Origin: Candidatus Sulfopaludibacter sp. SbA3
GTDB lineage: Bacteria > Acidobacteriota > Terriglobia > Bryobacterales > Bryobacteraceae
Length of the DNA stretch: 64,000 nt
Assembly (NCBI GenBank): GCA_945861625.1
Contig: CAMAVI010000001.1
Location: 81,944 to 145,943, forward strand
Reading direction: 5' to 3'
A program made the position numbers and the translations under genes. Positions 8,858 through 16,128 of the stretch are shown here, one piece after another (the stretch's first letter is position 1; the number at the start of each line of letters is the position of its first letter). Below the pieces are notes generated by a model that made no database searches, was not told the DNA's origin, and was given only the letters and a program-made list of their open reading frames with translations.

Positions 8858-9163
8858 ATGCGTACTTTGAAAGTTTTGATTTTTATGGCAATGTTTCTGC
8901 TCGTTGCCGCCAGCCCGGTGTTTGCACAGGGTGGTGGTTCGGGCATAGGCGCCGGCGAACTGCGTTTCGTCGGAGCGGCCATCGGTATGGCCATTGCTTC
9001 GGGCTTGTGCGGACTCGGCCAGGGTAAGGCCGTGGCGAGCGCCGCCGAAGCTGTGGCTCGCAACCCCGGAGCTCGCGCCGGTATTCAGACGTTGTTGGTC
9101 CTGGGTCTCGCCTTTATCGAGTCCTTGGCCATCTTCACGTTGTTGATCATTTTCGTAAAGTAG
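8858..9163 (+). CDS. atpE: F0F1 ATP synthase subunit c with an N-terminal signal-like extension
   Basis: Two-helix proteolipid with GLCGLGQGKAVASAAEAVARNP in helix 1 and the loop, and a carboxylate in LAFIESLAIF in helix 2. It is preceded by about 25 extra hydrophobic residues (MRTLKVLIFMAMFLLVAASPVFA). Confidence 0.9.
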   Translation: MRTLKVLIFMAMFLLVAASPVFAQGGGSGIGAGELRFVGAAIGMAIASGLCGLGQGKAVASAAEAVARNPGARAGIQTLLVLGLAFIESLAIFTLLIIFVK

Positions 9164-9174
9164 TTTCGCGCGAG

Positions 9175-9208
9175 GGGTGGGCTTCCGTGTCCGCCCTTCG
9201 CTTTTCCC
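9175..9208 (+). terminator. Weak candidate terminator after atpE
   Basis: GGGTGGGC-ttccgt-GTCCGCCC stem (two G-U wobbles) followed by TTCGCTTTTCCC. The U-tract is poor, so confidence is low. Confidence 0.3.
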
Positions 9209-9211
9209 TCC

Positions 9212-10099
9212 ATGTTTAAGCTGCAAGGCATTCTCCCTCCGATCGCGACTCCCTTTGATCACCGCGGCGAACTGTATAAGGCCAAGGTTCAGCACAACGT
9301 CGAGAAGTGGAACCGCACGGCTCTGGCGGGCTATGTGGTCTGTGGCTCCACGGGAGAGAGCGTCTATCTCACCACCGAAGAAAAGATGCAGCTGTGGCGC
9401 TGGGTGGCCGAGTACGCTGCTGCCGACAAAGTTCTGCTATGCGGCACGGGTGTCGAGAGCGTTCGTGAGACGGTGGCCCTGACCAACGCGGCCGCCGAGA
9501 TGGGCTATAAAGCCGCGATGGTGCGCACTCCGCATTATTACAAGAACCTGATTCACAAGATGGATTCGCAGATCCTGTACTTCCGCGCCGTGGCCGATCA
9601 GGCCAAGATCCCCATCATGATCTACAACTGGCCGCAGGTCACCGGCGTCGATATTACGCCGGACGCCGTGGCCACGCTGTCGCAGCATCCCAATATCTTT
9701 GCGATCAAGGAAAGCTCGGGCAGCCTGGAAAAATGCATCCAGATGCTGCAGGAAGTAAAGCCGGGTTTTCAAGTGCTCACGGGTTCGGCGCCCATCCTCG
9801 CGCCGTCGCTGGCGATCGGATGTTCGGGCGCGGTACTCGCGTTCGCGAATGCGGCGCCCTACGCAACCATCAGTATCTGGGAAGCGCACCGCGCGCGTGA
9901 ATTCGCGGCGGCCATGGACTGGCAGAAGAGAATCCTCCGCGCCGCGCAGTTGGTGACGGTGAAATACGGCATTCCAGGGCTGAAGTACGCCATGGATCTG
10001 AACGGCTACTACGGTGGGCCACCGCGCTTGCCGCTGACCGACATTACTCCGCAGGCAAAGCAGGAAATCGAAAAGGCGTTCGACGGCCTCAAGGGATGA
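9212..10099 (+). CDS. Dihydrodipicolinate synthase / N-acetylneuraminate lyase family class I aldolase
   Basis: 295 aa. The GSTGES motif and FAIKESSG (Schiff-base lysine context) are typical of the DapA/NAL family. Substrate cannot be assigned from sequence. Confidence 0.8.
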   Translation: MFKLQGILPPIATPFDHRGELYKAKVQHNVEKWNRTALAGYVVCGSTGESVYLTTEEKMQLWRWVAEYAAADKVLLCGTGVESVRETVALTNAAAEMGYKAAMVRTPHYYKNLIHKMDSQILYFRAVADQAKIPIMIYNWPQVTGVDITPDAVATLSQHPNIFAIKESSGSLEKCIQMLQEVKPGFQVLTGSAPILAPSLAIGCSGAVLAFANAAPYATISIWEAHRAREFAAAMDWQKRILRAAQLVTVKYGIPGLKYAMDLNGYYGGPPRLPLTDITPQAKQEIEKAFDGLKG

Positions 10100-10508
10100 C
10101 CGCCCAGATGTCGGCGAAATCAGTTTCCCTAACAATCTGATCGAAGTGGATCAATAGGCGGTCCCGTCCCTCTCCACGTAATACGCCGCCGCTCAGATTG
10201 CGATCCGCGTAGTACACGACGTTACAGACCCGGTCGGCGATGAAGGCGGCGCGAGCTACCCCTGTGCTCAAGACGACGATCCTGGGTTGTTTGCCGCGAC
10301 GCCAAGGCGGCAACTGGAGACGTGCCGCTGCGTCCACGACGTTCACTACATCTCCCGCGATCCGGAGCACGCCGAGAATTCCAGGCCGTACGCCCGCAAC
10401 CGGAATCATATCGCTCAGAGGAAGGATTGCCCGCACGCGCGCCGCGTCGATGGCTAATTCCTTGCGCGCCACGCGAAAGGTCAAATAGGCTTTAGGCGCA
10501 CCTGCCAC
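10089..10508 (-). CDS. cheW: Chemotaxis coupling protein CheW (stand-alone)
   Basis: 139 aa. YLTFRVARKELAIDAARVRAILP...GILGVLRIAGDVVNVVD...PRIVVLS...DRLLIHFD follows the CheW domain pattern. Confidence 0.8.
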   Translation of the reverse strand: MAGAPKAYLTFRVARKELAIDAARVRAILPLSDMIPVAGVRPGILGVLRIAGDVVNVVDAAARLQLPPWRRGKQPRIVVLSTGVARAAFIADRVCNVVYYADRNLSGGVLRGEGRDRLLIHFDQIVRETDFADIWAVIP

Positions 10509-10515
10509 CCATGGC

Positions 10516-11724
10516 TTATCGGCTTTCGGAGCTCAACGGAGAGTCCAGAGCGGCATATCCACAAGCAAGCACCGCCAGAAACAACCCCAGCACCTCGCTG
10601 TCCCCCAGGTTCAATTCGTAGAACCCGCTGAGGGAGACTGCGACAATTACGGCCACGCCTCCATGCAGTACCCAACGTGTTTCGCCGGACGAGCTTCGCG
10701 CACCACGCGTGAAGTCCCACAGCGCTTGGGCCAGAAGCCATAGCAATGCCAGCATTGTGGGAATGCCGCGTTCCGCCGCGTAATGGATGTAGATGTTGTG
10801 GAGGTGTCCGTAATAGCCTTCCGGCAGCGGCAGTTTCACGCCGGCCGGAATGTATTGCATGACGTGGGGACCCACTTGCTCCGGCCCGAGGCCCAGCCAT
10901 GGATGCGCCTTGATCATCTCGTATCCAATGCGGCGCGTGACCACGCGGTGCTGGTTGGAATCGACCTCTCCGTGCGGCGTGACGATGGAGGCGACACGTT
11001 CTCGAATAGCAAAAGGATTGGCGAGGAGCACAATGCCGATGAGCACCGGAACGGCTAATAGCATCAGGCGGCGCCAATTCCAGATCAGGTAGACGGCGCC
11101 GCCGATAGCCCCCAGCCACATGCTGCGCGTGAAGGTTGCCAGTAGCGCCGCGGCAATGAGCGCGCCGGTTGCGATTAGCCATCCGGACCAGCGGCGGTCC
11201 TGTGCGAAAAAAACCAACGCCCCGATCAACAACAGCGCGATCATCATGTGGCCGCTGAAGGTCATCCAGTGGCCCATGAAACCAGTGATGCGGGCGCCCA
11301 CGTAGGCCAGATAAAAGTCCTGATGCGCGGCTTGCGCGGCCTGGTATTTGCGGGAAAACTGCGCCACGCTCCAGGCCGCGGAGAGCGACGCCCCTGTTGC
11401 CCATCCGTAGAACAGCCAGCGAATCTGGTCGATCTGGCGGAATGCTGTGTACACCACGAACAGCATGGCGAATATGTACAGCTTCTTGATCTGCGGAAGT
11501 GCCGCATGGATACTGCCGGAAGCCAGCGAGGAAGCGAGTGTTCCGGCGACCCACAGGCAAACCGGCAAGGTAACGGGAGGCCAGCGCCAACTGTGTTTCG
11601 TGAGGAGCAGTGAGGCCAGCGCGAGTCCCAGCAGGACTTCAAACGCCGCAATCGATACGACCGTGGTGGCCGCGGCGGCGCCCGCCAAGCAGAGTGGCAC
11701 TTGCTCGCGCAGCCGGGATTCCAT
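10516..11724 (-). CDS. O-antigen ligase family (Wzy_C) membrane protein
   Basis: 402 aa and polytopic. GHLHNIYIHYAAERGIPTML is the typical Wzy_C/O-antigen ligase loop motif. Its start shares 1 nt with the upstream ArsC-family stop. Confidence 0.75.
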   Translation of the reverse strand: MESRLREQVPLCLAGAAAATTVVSIAAFEVLLGLALASLLLTKHSWRWPPVTLPVCLWVAGTLASSLASGSIHAALPQIKKLYIFAMLFVVYTAFRQIDQIRWLFYGWATGASLSAAWSVAQFSRKYQAAQAAHQDFYLAYVGARITGFMGHWMTFSGHMMIALLLIGALVFFAQDRRWSGWLIATGALIAAALLATFTRSMWLGAIGGAVYLIWNWRRLMLLAVPVLIGIVLLANPFAIRERVASIVTPHGEVDSNQHRVVTRRIGYEMIKAHPWLGLGPEQVGPHVMQYIPAGVKLPLPEGYYGHLHNIYIHYAAERGIPTMLALLWLLAQALWDFTRGARSSSGETRWVLHGGVAVIVAVSLSGFYELNLGDSEVLGLFLAVLACGYAALDSPLSSESR

Positions 11725-12062
11725 CAGCGGCCCGTGAGTTCGCGGAATTCGCCTTCGTCGAAGCCCAGCGCGATCTTGGAGCCCTGCGCGAGAATCGGCC
11801 GGCGAATCAAATTTGGATGCTGCGACATGAGCCGGATCGCCTCGGCGCGCGCTGGCGGATTCGCCTTCATTTTGAGCTCGCGATAAAGGTCATTGCGGAA
11901 GTTCAGGAACTTGATGTAATCGAGCTTCCCGATAAGCGCATCCAGCTCGGTTTCGCTCAAGCCCTGGTTCAAGTCCACTTCCGTGATCTTTACGCCATTC
12001 TCAGTGAGCCACTTTTTGGCCTTCCGGCATGTGGAGCAGGTCGGTTTCTGATAGAACTTCAT
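11724..12062 (-). CDS. ArsC/Spx/YffB family protein
   Basis: 112 aa. The MKFYQKPTCSTCRKAKKWL N-terminal thioredoxin-like motif and ...LIRRPIL... are typical of the ArsC family. Confidence 0.8.
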   Translation of the reverse strand: MKFYQKPTCSTCRKAKKWLTENGVKITEVDLNQGLSETELDALIGKLDYIKFLNFRNDLYRELKMKANPPARAEAIRLMSQHPNLIRRPILAQGSKIALGFDEGEFRELTGR

Positions 12063-12099
12063 CAGAACTATCTTAAGGCTTCTCCCGGCTAGAACTAAC

Positions 12100-12170
12100 G
12101 CGCACAGCGAATGCGTTGCGCGCGTACAAGATTCGAGCGCACAGCGAACGCGTTGTGCGCGTACAAGATC
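12100..12170. repeat. Tandem pair of 37-bp REP-like hairpin units
   Basis: Unit 1 starts at 12100 (gcgcacagcgaatgcgttgcgcgcgtacaagatt) and unit 2 at 12137 (gcgcacagcgaacgcgttgtgcgcgtacaagatc), with 2 mismatches over 33 nt. Each unit folds as GCGCACA...TGTGCGC. The pair lies between the stop of the 12169..13311 gene and the ArsC-family start. Confidence 0.7.
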
Positions 12171-13311
12171 AGTTAGTGAACTTTTTCAGTTCGTCCATGA
12201 CCGCACTCAGGCCGCGCTTGCGGTAGATTTGCACCAGACGCTGCTCTTCCGGAGAAGGCGACACAACACGCCGCAGCGTGGGGTCGTCGAGTTCCGCGCG
12301 GCTGGGAATCCACATCGAGCCGTCCATGAATTCGACCGCGGCCACGTATCCAGTCATGCCTTCCAGAGACGTGCGCGGGTCGAAGCGCAGCGAGGCATCC
12401 TGCAGTATTTGCGCCGAACTGCGCGGAGGGAGACGCATGTCATAGGGGAGCGTCGCGGCCAAAAACTCGCGTCCCTGCTGGTCGCGCACGATCCACCCCA
12501 TCTCCAAGTGCCGTACCACGCGAGGGGAACGGTTCCTGACGACTAGCTTAGGCGCGCGCGCCTCGTTGCCCGCTACCCGTGCCACTCCATCCATGGGCTC
12601 CACCGGCGAGTCCGGAAGGCGCAGGAAAGCGAATTGCACGTCTTTCTCGCCCTCGGCATTCGTCGCCCGGCCGCGTACCATCTGCACGCCGAACTGAGGC
12701 CGGTCCGCGTCCCGCGTCAAACTGGCCAGCATGGCTTTCTGCAAGCCTTCGCGGCCGGATTGTCCGAGCAGCGCCCGGTAATATTGGCGGTCCCGCCGGG
12801 CTTCCAATTCCCAAACCATCATGGTTCGCCGCGACAGCAGCTTGTTCGGGCCATAGAATGTCAGGTCGTCGAACAGAATTCCGTCCAGGCTGACCTCGAC
12901 CATGGGGTTTGCCTCCGCGCCGATAGGCCGCAATAGATGCAGATCGCCACGCACCGTAAACGTTTCACCCGGGGCTACATCCAGGCTGGGCACGGAGATG
13001 GAGCCTTTTCCGCCCGGTGTGGCTTCCTGCGCCATGACCGTAAGCGTGACGCCACGCACGCGGCGCTGGCTCGAATTGCGGAGCGATAACGCCAACTTCA
13101 CGTCAATGGCATATGCGCCGCCGCGAATGGTAGCGCCTGAGCCGCCCCACTCATCCCCGGCCAGCGTGACCGGCGAATCGTGCGGTATGTCAATTCGATG
13201 CGCGAGTGCCTGCGATGGACCCAGTGCTTGCTGCTGTGCGAAGGCTTGTGGTTGCGCGAGTACCAATGGGGCACACGCGCCCCAGAGCAGCGTCAGAAGA
13301 CTATTGCGCAT
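12169..13311 (-). CDS. Secreted protein of unknown function (third gene of the ECF sigma module)
   Basis: Track ORF 12169..13380. ATG 13311 gives the signal peptide MRNSLLTLLWGACAPLVLAQPQAFA, and the start overlaps the anti-sigma stop by 11 nt. I recognise no family. Confidence 0.6.
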   Translation of the reverse strand: MRNSLLTLLWGACAPLVLAQPQAFAQQQALGPSQALAHRIDIPHDSPVTLAGDEWGGSGATIRGGAYAIDVKLALSLRNSSQRRVRGVTLTVMAQEATPGGKGSISVPSLDVAPGETFTVRGDLHLLRPIGAEANPMVEVSLDGILFDDLTFYGPNKLLSRRTMMVWELEARRDRQYYRALLGQSGREGLQKAMLASLTRDADRPQFGVQMVRGRATNAEGEKDVQFAFLRLPDSPVEPMDGVARVAGNEARAPKLVVRNRSPRVVRHLEMGWIVRDQQGREFLAATLPYDMRLPPRSSAQILQDASLRFDPRTSLEGMTGYVAAVEFMDGSMWIPSRAELDDPTLRRVVSPSPEEQRLVQIYRKRGLSAVMDELKKFTN

Positions 13312-13939
13312 AGACACTCGTAATCGTGACTTGTCCGGTTTCCTGATCCAGATAGCGCGCCCGCGCGGAGCCCTGCGCACTCAGTGTCACGGAGACGGGA
13401 CGAGCCAATCCTTGCGAAACTCCCAATGCGCCGCCGTTTTCCCGCAACTGAATGCCGGCCGCTGACACCTCCACGAGGGGCCCCTGATCTTCCAAGAGCA
13501 GAATCGGGCCGCCGCGCCACGGACGCACCTGTGCGATCTTTTTCACCGCGCGGCCTAGAGAAGCGCTTTGAGATGCAGGCATATTGAGCCACCACGCGCT
13601 GATCAACAACCCCGTGAATGCCGCTGCCGCCGCCGCCACGCGCCAACCGGTGGATACCGTGCGCGGTTGTGGGCGCCGGGCCACGCATTCGCCGGCCTCC
13701 AGGCCCACGCGGATATTCGCGGTCATCTCCGCCGCCATGCGGTCCCAATTCAGGCCGCGAGGCAGTTCGGTGGCCATCCGCTCGACAAATTCCTGATCCG
13801 AGCGATAGGCCGCCACGCGTTCCGTGCATGCCGCGCAGCCAGCCGCATGGAACCGTGCCAGCGGTCTCCGCCACAGGGGCAGATCGCCGGTGGCGTACAG
13901 TGCCACGCCGGTTTCGGTAAGGTGCCGGGTGCCCGGCAT
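13301..13939 (-). CDS. Anti-sigma factor (zf-HC2 type), single-pass membrane protein
   Basis: HAAGCAACTE fits the H-x3-C-x2-C anti-sigma zinc motif. There is one TM segment (AAAAAFTGLLISAWWL). ATG 13939 lies 1 nt after the sigma-factor stop. Confidence 0.6.
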   Translation of the reverse strand: MPGTRHLTETGVALYATGDLPLWRRPLARFHAAGCAACTERVAAYRSDQEFVERMATELPRGLNWDRMAAEMTANIRVGLEAGECVARRPQPRTVSTGWRVAAAAAAFTGLLISAWWLNMPASQSASLGRAVKKIAQVRPWRGGPILLLEDQGPLVEVSAAGIQLRENGGALGVSQGLARPVSVTLSAQGSARARYLDQETGQVTITSVYAQ

Positions 13940-13940
13940 A

Positions 13941-14540
13941 TTACGCTGCCCCCCGTCTCTGCATCCGCTCAAAATGTTTGCGGAGCTTCACGCGCGCGTT
14001 GGCAATATGCGAACGCACGGTGGCTTTGGAGCAGCTCAAATGCGCCGCGACCTGATCGGCCGGCATGTCTTCCACGTCGCGCAGCAGCAAGGCGGTGCGC
14101 TCGCGGCTGGTCAGCACGTCCAGCGCGGATTCCATGTGCTCTCGCCGCTCCGCGCGCAACAGCAATTGCTCCGGACTGTCTTGCGAGGACACTGCCACTG
14201 CCTCAGGCATCTCGTCGAGTTCGGAAAAACTCACCCGCCCGGCACGGCGCAGAAAATCGATGGCCGTGTTGGTGGCAATCCGTGACAGCCAATGCGCGGC
14301 CTTGTCCAGATCCTTGAGTTGATCCTGCCGCTGCAAAGCCTTGATGAAGGCTTCCTGGGTGAGATCCTGCGCGTCGGCGACGTTTCCCACGATGCGATAG
14401 ATGAGCAGGAACACGCGGCGCATGTTCTCGGACACAAAGCGGGCTTGTGCTTCGGAGGTCAGCGGAGCGGTGTCGTAGCGGGTTGAACCCGGTGTCTCAC
14501 TCATCGGTGGTTCCAGCGCCAATGCGGATAGCACGCTCAT
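13941..14540 (-). CDS. ECF-type RNA polymerase sigma-70 family factor
   Basis: Region 2 (FLLIYRIVGNVADAQDLTQEAFIKA) and region 4 (LTSRERTALLLRDVEDMPADQVAAHLSCSKATVRSHIANARVKLRK) are present. The track ORF starts at TTG 14573; ATG 14540 or ATG 14504 are more likely. Confidence 0.85.
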   Translation of the reverse strand: MSVLSALALEPPMSETPGSTRYDTAPLTSEAQARFVSENMRRVFLLIYRIVGNVADAQDLTQEAFIKALQRQDQLKDLDKAAHWLSRIATNTAIDFLRRAGRVSFSELDEMPEAVAVSSQDSPEQLLLRAERREHMESALDVLTSRERTALLLRDVEDMPADQVAAHLSCSKATVRSHIANARVKLRKHFERMQRRGAA

Positions 14541-14547
14541 CGCTTTG

Positions 14548-14577
14548 TGGCAAACCGTGGCAAACCGTGGCAAACCT
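14548..14577. repeat. Three perfect tandem 10-bp repeats (GTGGCAAACC x3) just upstream of the ECF sigma gene
   Basis: Read directly: gtggcaaacc gtggcaaacc gtggcaaacc at 14548..14577, followed by a degenerate copy (gggcaaact) at about 14582..14590. It lies in the 130-bp divergent region between the sigma gene and the thiolase gene. Confidence 0.8.
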
Positions 14578-14670
14578 GCCAGGGCAAACTGCCTTCACAA
14601 TCATGACGCCCCCTTGGCGCAAAGCGTGCAGCCCGAACCTTATGGATCGGCAGAGCTATCCTAATCATAT

Positions 14671-15831
14671 ATGAGGCCTGTTGCAGTGATTGGGATCGGC
14701 AAGACAGCGTTTGGCGCTTTCCCCGATCGAGATTTGCGTTCCCTAGCCGTAGAGGCGGGGCAGAAGTGTTTGGCGGATGCCAATGTAAGTCCTTCACAGG
14801 TAGAGGCTTATTATCTGGGAAACTTCGCGGGTCCGTCTTTTGTGGGACAGAACCATTTGGCTCCCTATATTGCCGGAGCCATGGGCATCACGGGCGTGCC
14901 GTGTACCCGGTTCGAGGCCGCCTGCGCTTCCAGCGGTTCGGCCTTCTATCATGCCGTGTCGAACGTGGCTTCCGGGCAAAACGACCTGGTGCTGGTGGCC
15001 GGGGTCGAAAAGATGACTTCGCAGACTACGCCGAAAGTGACCGAGATTTTGGCCGGCGCTGGCGATACGTGCGGCGAGGTGCGTGCCGGCGCCACGTTTC
15101 CCGCGCTCTTCGCGATGATCGCCCGCCGCCATATGTACCAGTACGGCACCACACGCGAGCATCTGGCCGCCGTGGCCGTGAAGAACCATGAGAACGGCGC
15201 CAAGAATCCGCTGGCGCACATGCGCAAGGTCATCACCATGGAGCAGGCGCTCAACGGCAAGCCCATTGCCGAGCCTCTCACGGTGTATGACTGCTCTCTG
15301 ATCAGCGACGGGGCGGCCGCCGTGCTGATCGCGCCGCTGGAGCGCGCCGGTGAGTTCACCAGCAAACCGATCAAGATTCTCGGCGTCGCGCAAACTTCCG
15401 ATTACGTCGCGCTCGACCAAAAGGAAGACATCACCACGCTACGCGCTGTCGCCGCCGCCGCGCAGAAGGCGTATAAGATGGCCGGGCTTACCGCACAGGA
15501 TATTGAATTCGCCGAAGTGCACGACTGCTTCACCATCGCCGAGATTCTGGCCATGGAAGACCTGGGCTTCGTCAAGAAGGGTGAAGGCGGGCCGTTTGCG
15601 CTGGCCGGGAACACGCGCTTGGTGGGCAAGCTGCCCATTAATACCAGCGGCGGGTTGAAGTCCAAAGGGCATCCGGTGGGAGCCACGGGCGTCGGCCAAA
15701 TTTGCGATCTGGTCATTCAGCTTCGCGGCGACGCGGGCGAGCGCCAGCTTGCGCGCCACTCGCTGGGACTGGCACAAAATCTGGGCGGATCGGGAGCGAC
15801 CGCGGTCGTTACGATATTGGGGGTCGCATGA
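14671..15831 (+). CDS. Thiolase domain protein (SCP-x/archaeal-type acetyl-CoA acetyltransferase-like)
   Basis: 386 aa. It has an active-site Cys context (FEAACASSGSAF) plus HDCFTIAE and NTSGGLKSKGHPVGATG motifs. Confidence 0.85.
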   Translation: MRPVAVIGIGKTAFGAFPDRDLRSLAVEAGQKCLADANVSPSQVEAYYLGNFAGPSFVGQNHLAPYIAGAMGITGVPCTRFEAACASSGSAFYHAVSNVASGQNDLVLVAGVEKMTSQTTPKVTEILAGAGDTCGEVRAGATFPALFAMIARRHMYQYGTTREHLAAVAVKNHENGAKNPLAHMRKVITMEQALNGKPIAEPLTVYDCSLISDGAAAVLIAPLERAGEFTSKPIKILGVAQTSDYVALDQKEDITTLRAVAAAAQKAYKMAGLTAQDIEFAEVHDCFTIAEILAMEDLGFVKKGEGGPFALAGNTRLVGKLPINTSGGLKSKGHPVGATGVGQICDLVIQLRGDAGERQLARHSLGLAQNLGGSGATAVVTILGVA

Positions 15832-16034
15832 CGACAGGAATTATATATACCGAAACCGTGGTCCACGCCGCGCCGGAACAATTCACGGCGGATGCGCCGT
15901 ATCAGTTGGCGATCATTTCGCTTGTGGAGGGCGGCCGCCTTACTGCCCGGATCGAGGGTGCGCGAGTGGCCATCGGCGACGCAGTGAACTTTGTTGAAGA
16001 CCGTGGCGGCATTTCCTTCTTCGCCAAAGCTTGA
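15828..16034 (+). CDS. OB-fold DUF35-like protein (short, no Zn-ribbon)
   Basis: ATG 15828 overlaps the thiolase stop (ATGA). The 68-aa product MTTGIIYTETVVHAAPEQF...YQLAIISLVEGGRLTARIEG...GDAVNFVE resembles the OB-fold part of DUF35 thiolase partners. Confidence 0.55.
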   Translation: MTTGIIYTETVVHAAPEQFTADAPYQLAIISLVEGGRLTARIEGARVAIGDAVNFVEDRGGISFFAKA

Positions 16035-16037
16035 TGC

Positions 16038-16105
16038 CCGCCGCACAACGGACTGACGCCTGTGCGATTTGGAAATCCGCCGCACAACGGACTGACGCCT
16101 GTGCG
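16038..16105. repeat. Tandem pair of 29-bp REP-like hairpin units (39-bp period)
   Basis: ccgccgcacaacggactgacgcctgtgcg occurs perfectly at 16038..16066 and 16077..16105. The second copy forms a 10-bp stem, CCGCCGCACA/TGTGCGGCGG. It shares the GCACAACG...CTGTGCG core with the 12100..12170 repeats in the same orientation relative to transcription. Confidence 0.75.
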
Positions 16106-16128
16106 GCGGGAAGCGTGAATCGTTCGCC

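Noticed and set aside
10089-10099. Recurrent 11-nt gene overlaps: dapA-like/cheW and 57704..57714 (both convergent), plus mntA/hepT and anti-sigma/third gene (both co-directional)
   Set aside because: No shared sequence is present at the overlaps. Such short overlaps are common in compact GC-rich genomes, so I treat them as coincidence.
12100-12170. Tandem 37- to 39-bp repeats (also at 16038..16105) as possible mini-CRISPR arrays
   Set aside because: There are only two units per locus, with essentially no spacers (0 and 10 nt), and no cas genes in the window. The hairpin-dimer architecture fits REP-like elements instead.
14541-14573. TTG-initiated N-terminal extension of the ECF sigma ORF (coordinates given in minus-strand order, 14573 down to 14541)
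   Set aside because: The extension is encoded entirely by the 3x10-bp tandem repeat and adds no sigma-factor sequence. ATG 14540 or ATG 14504 give normal-length ECF sigma factors.
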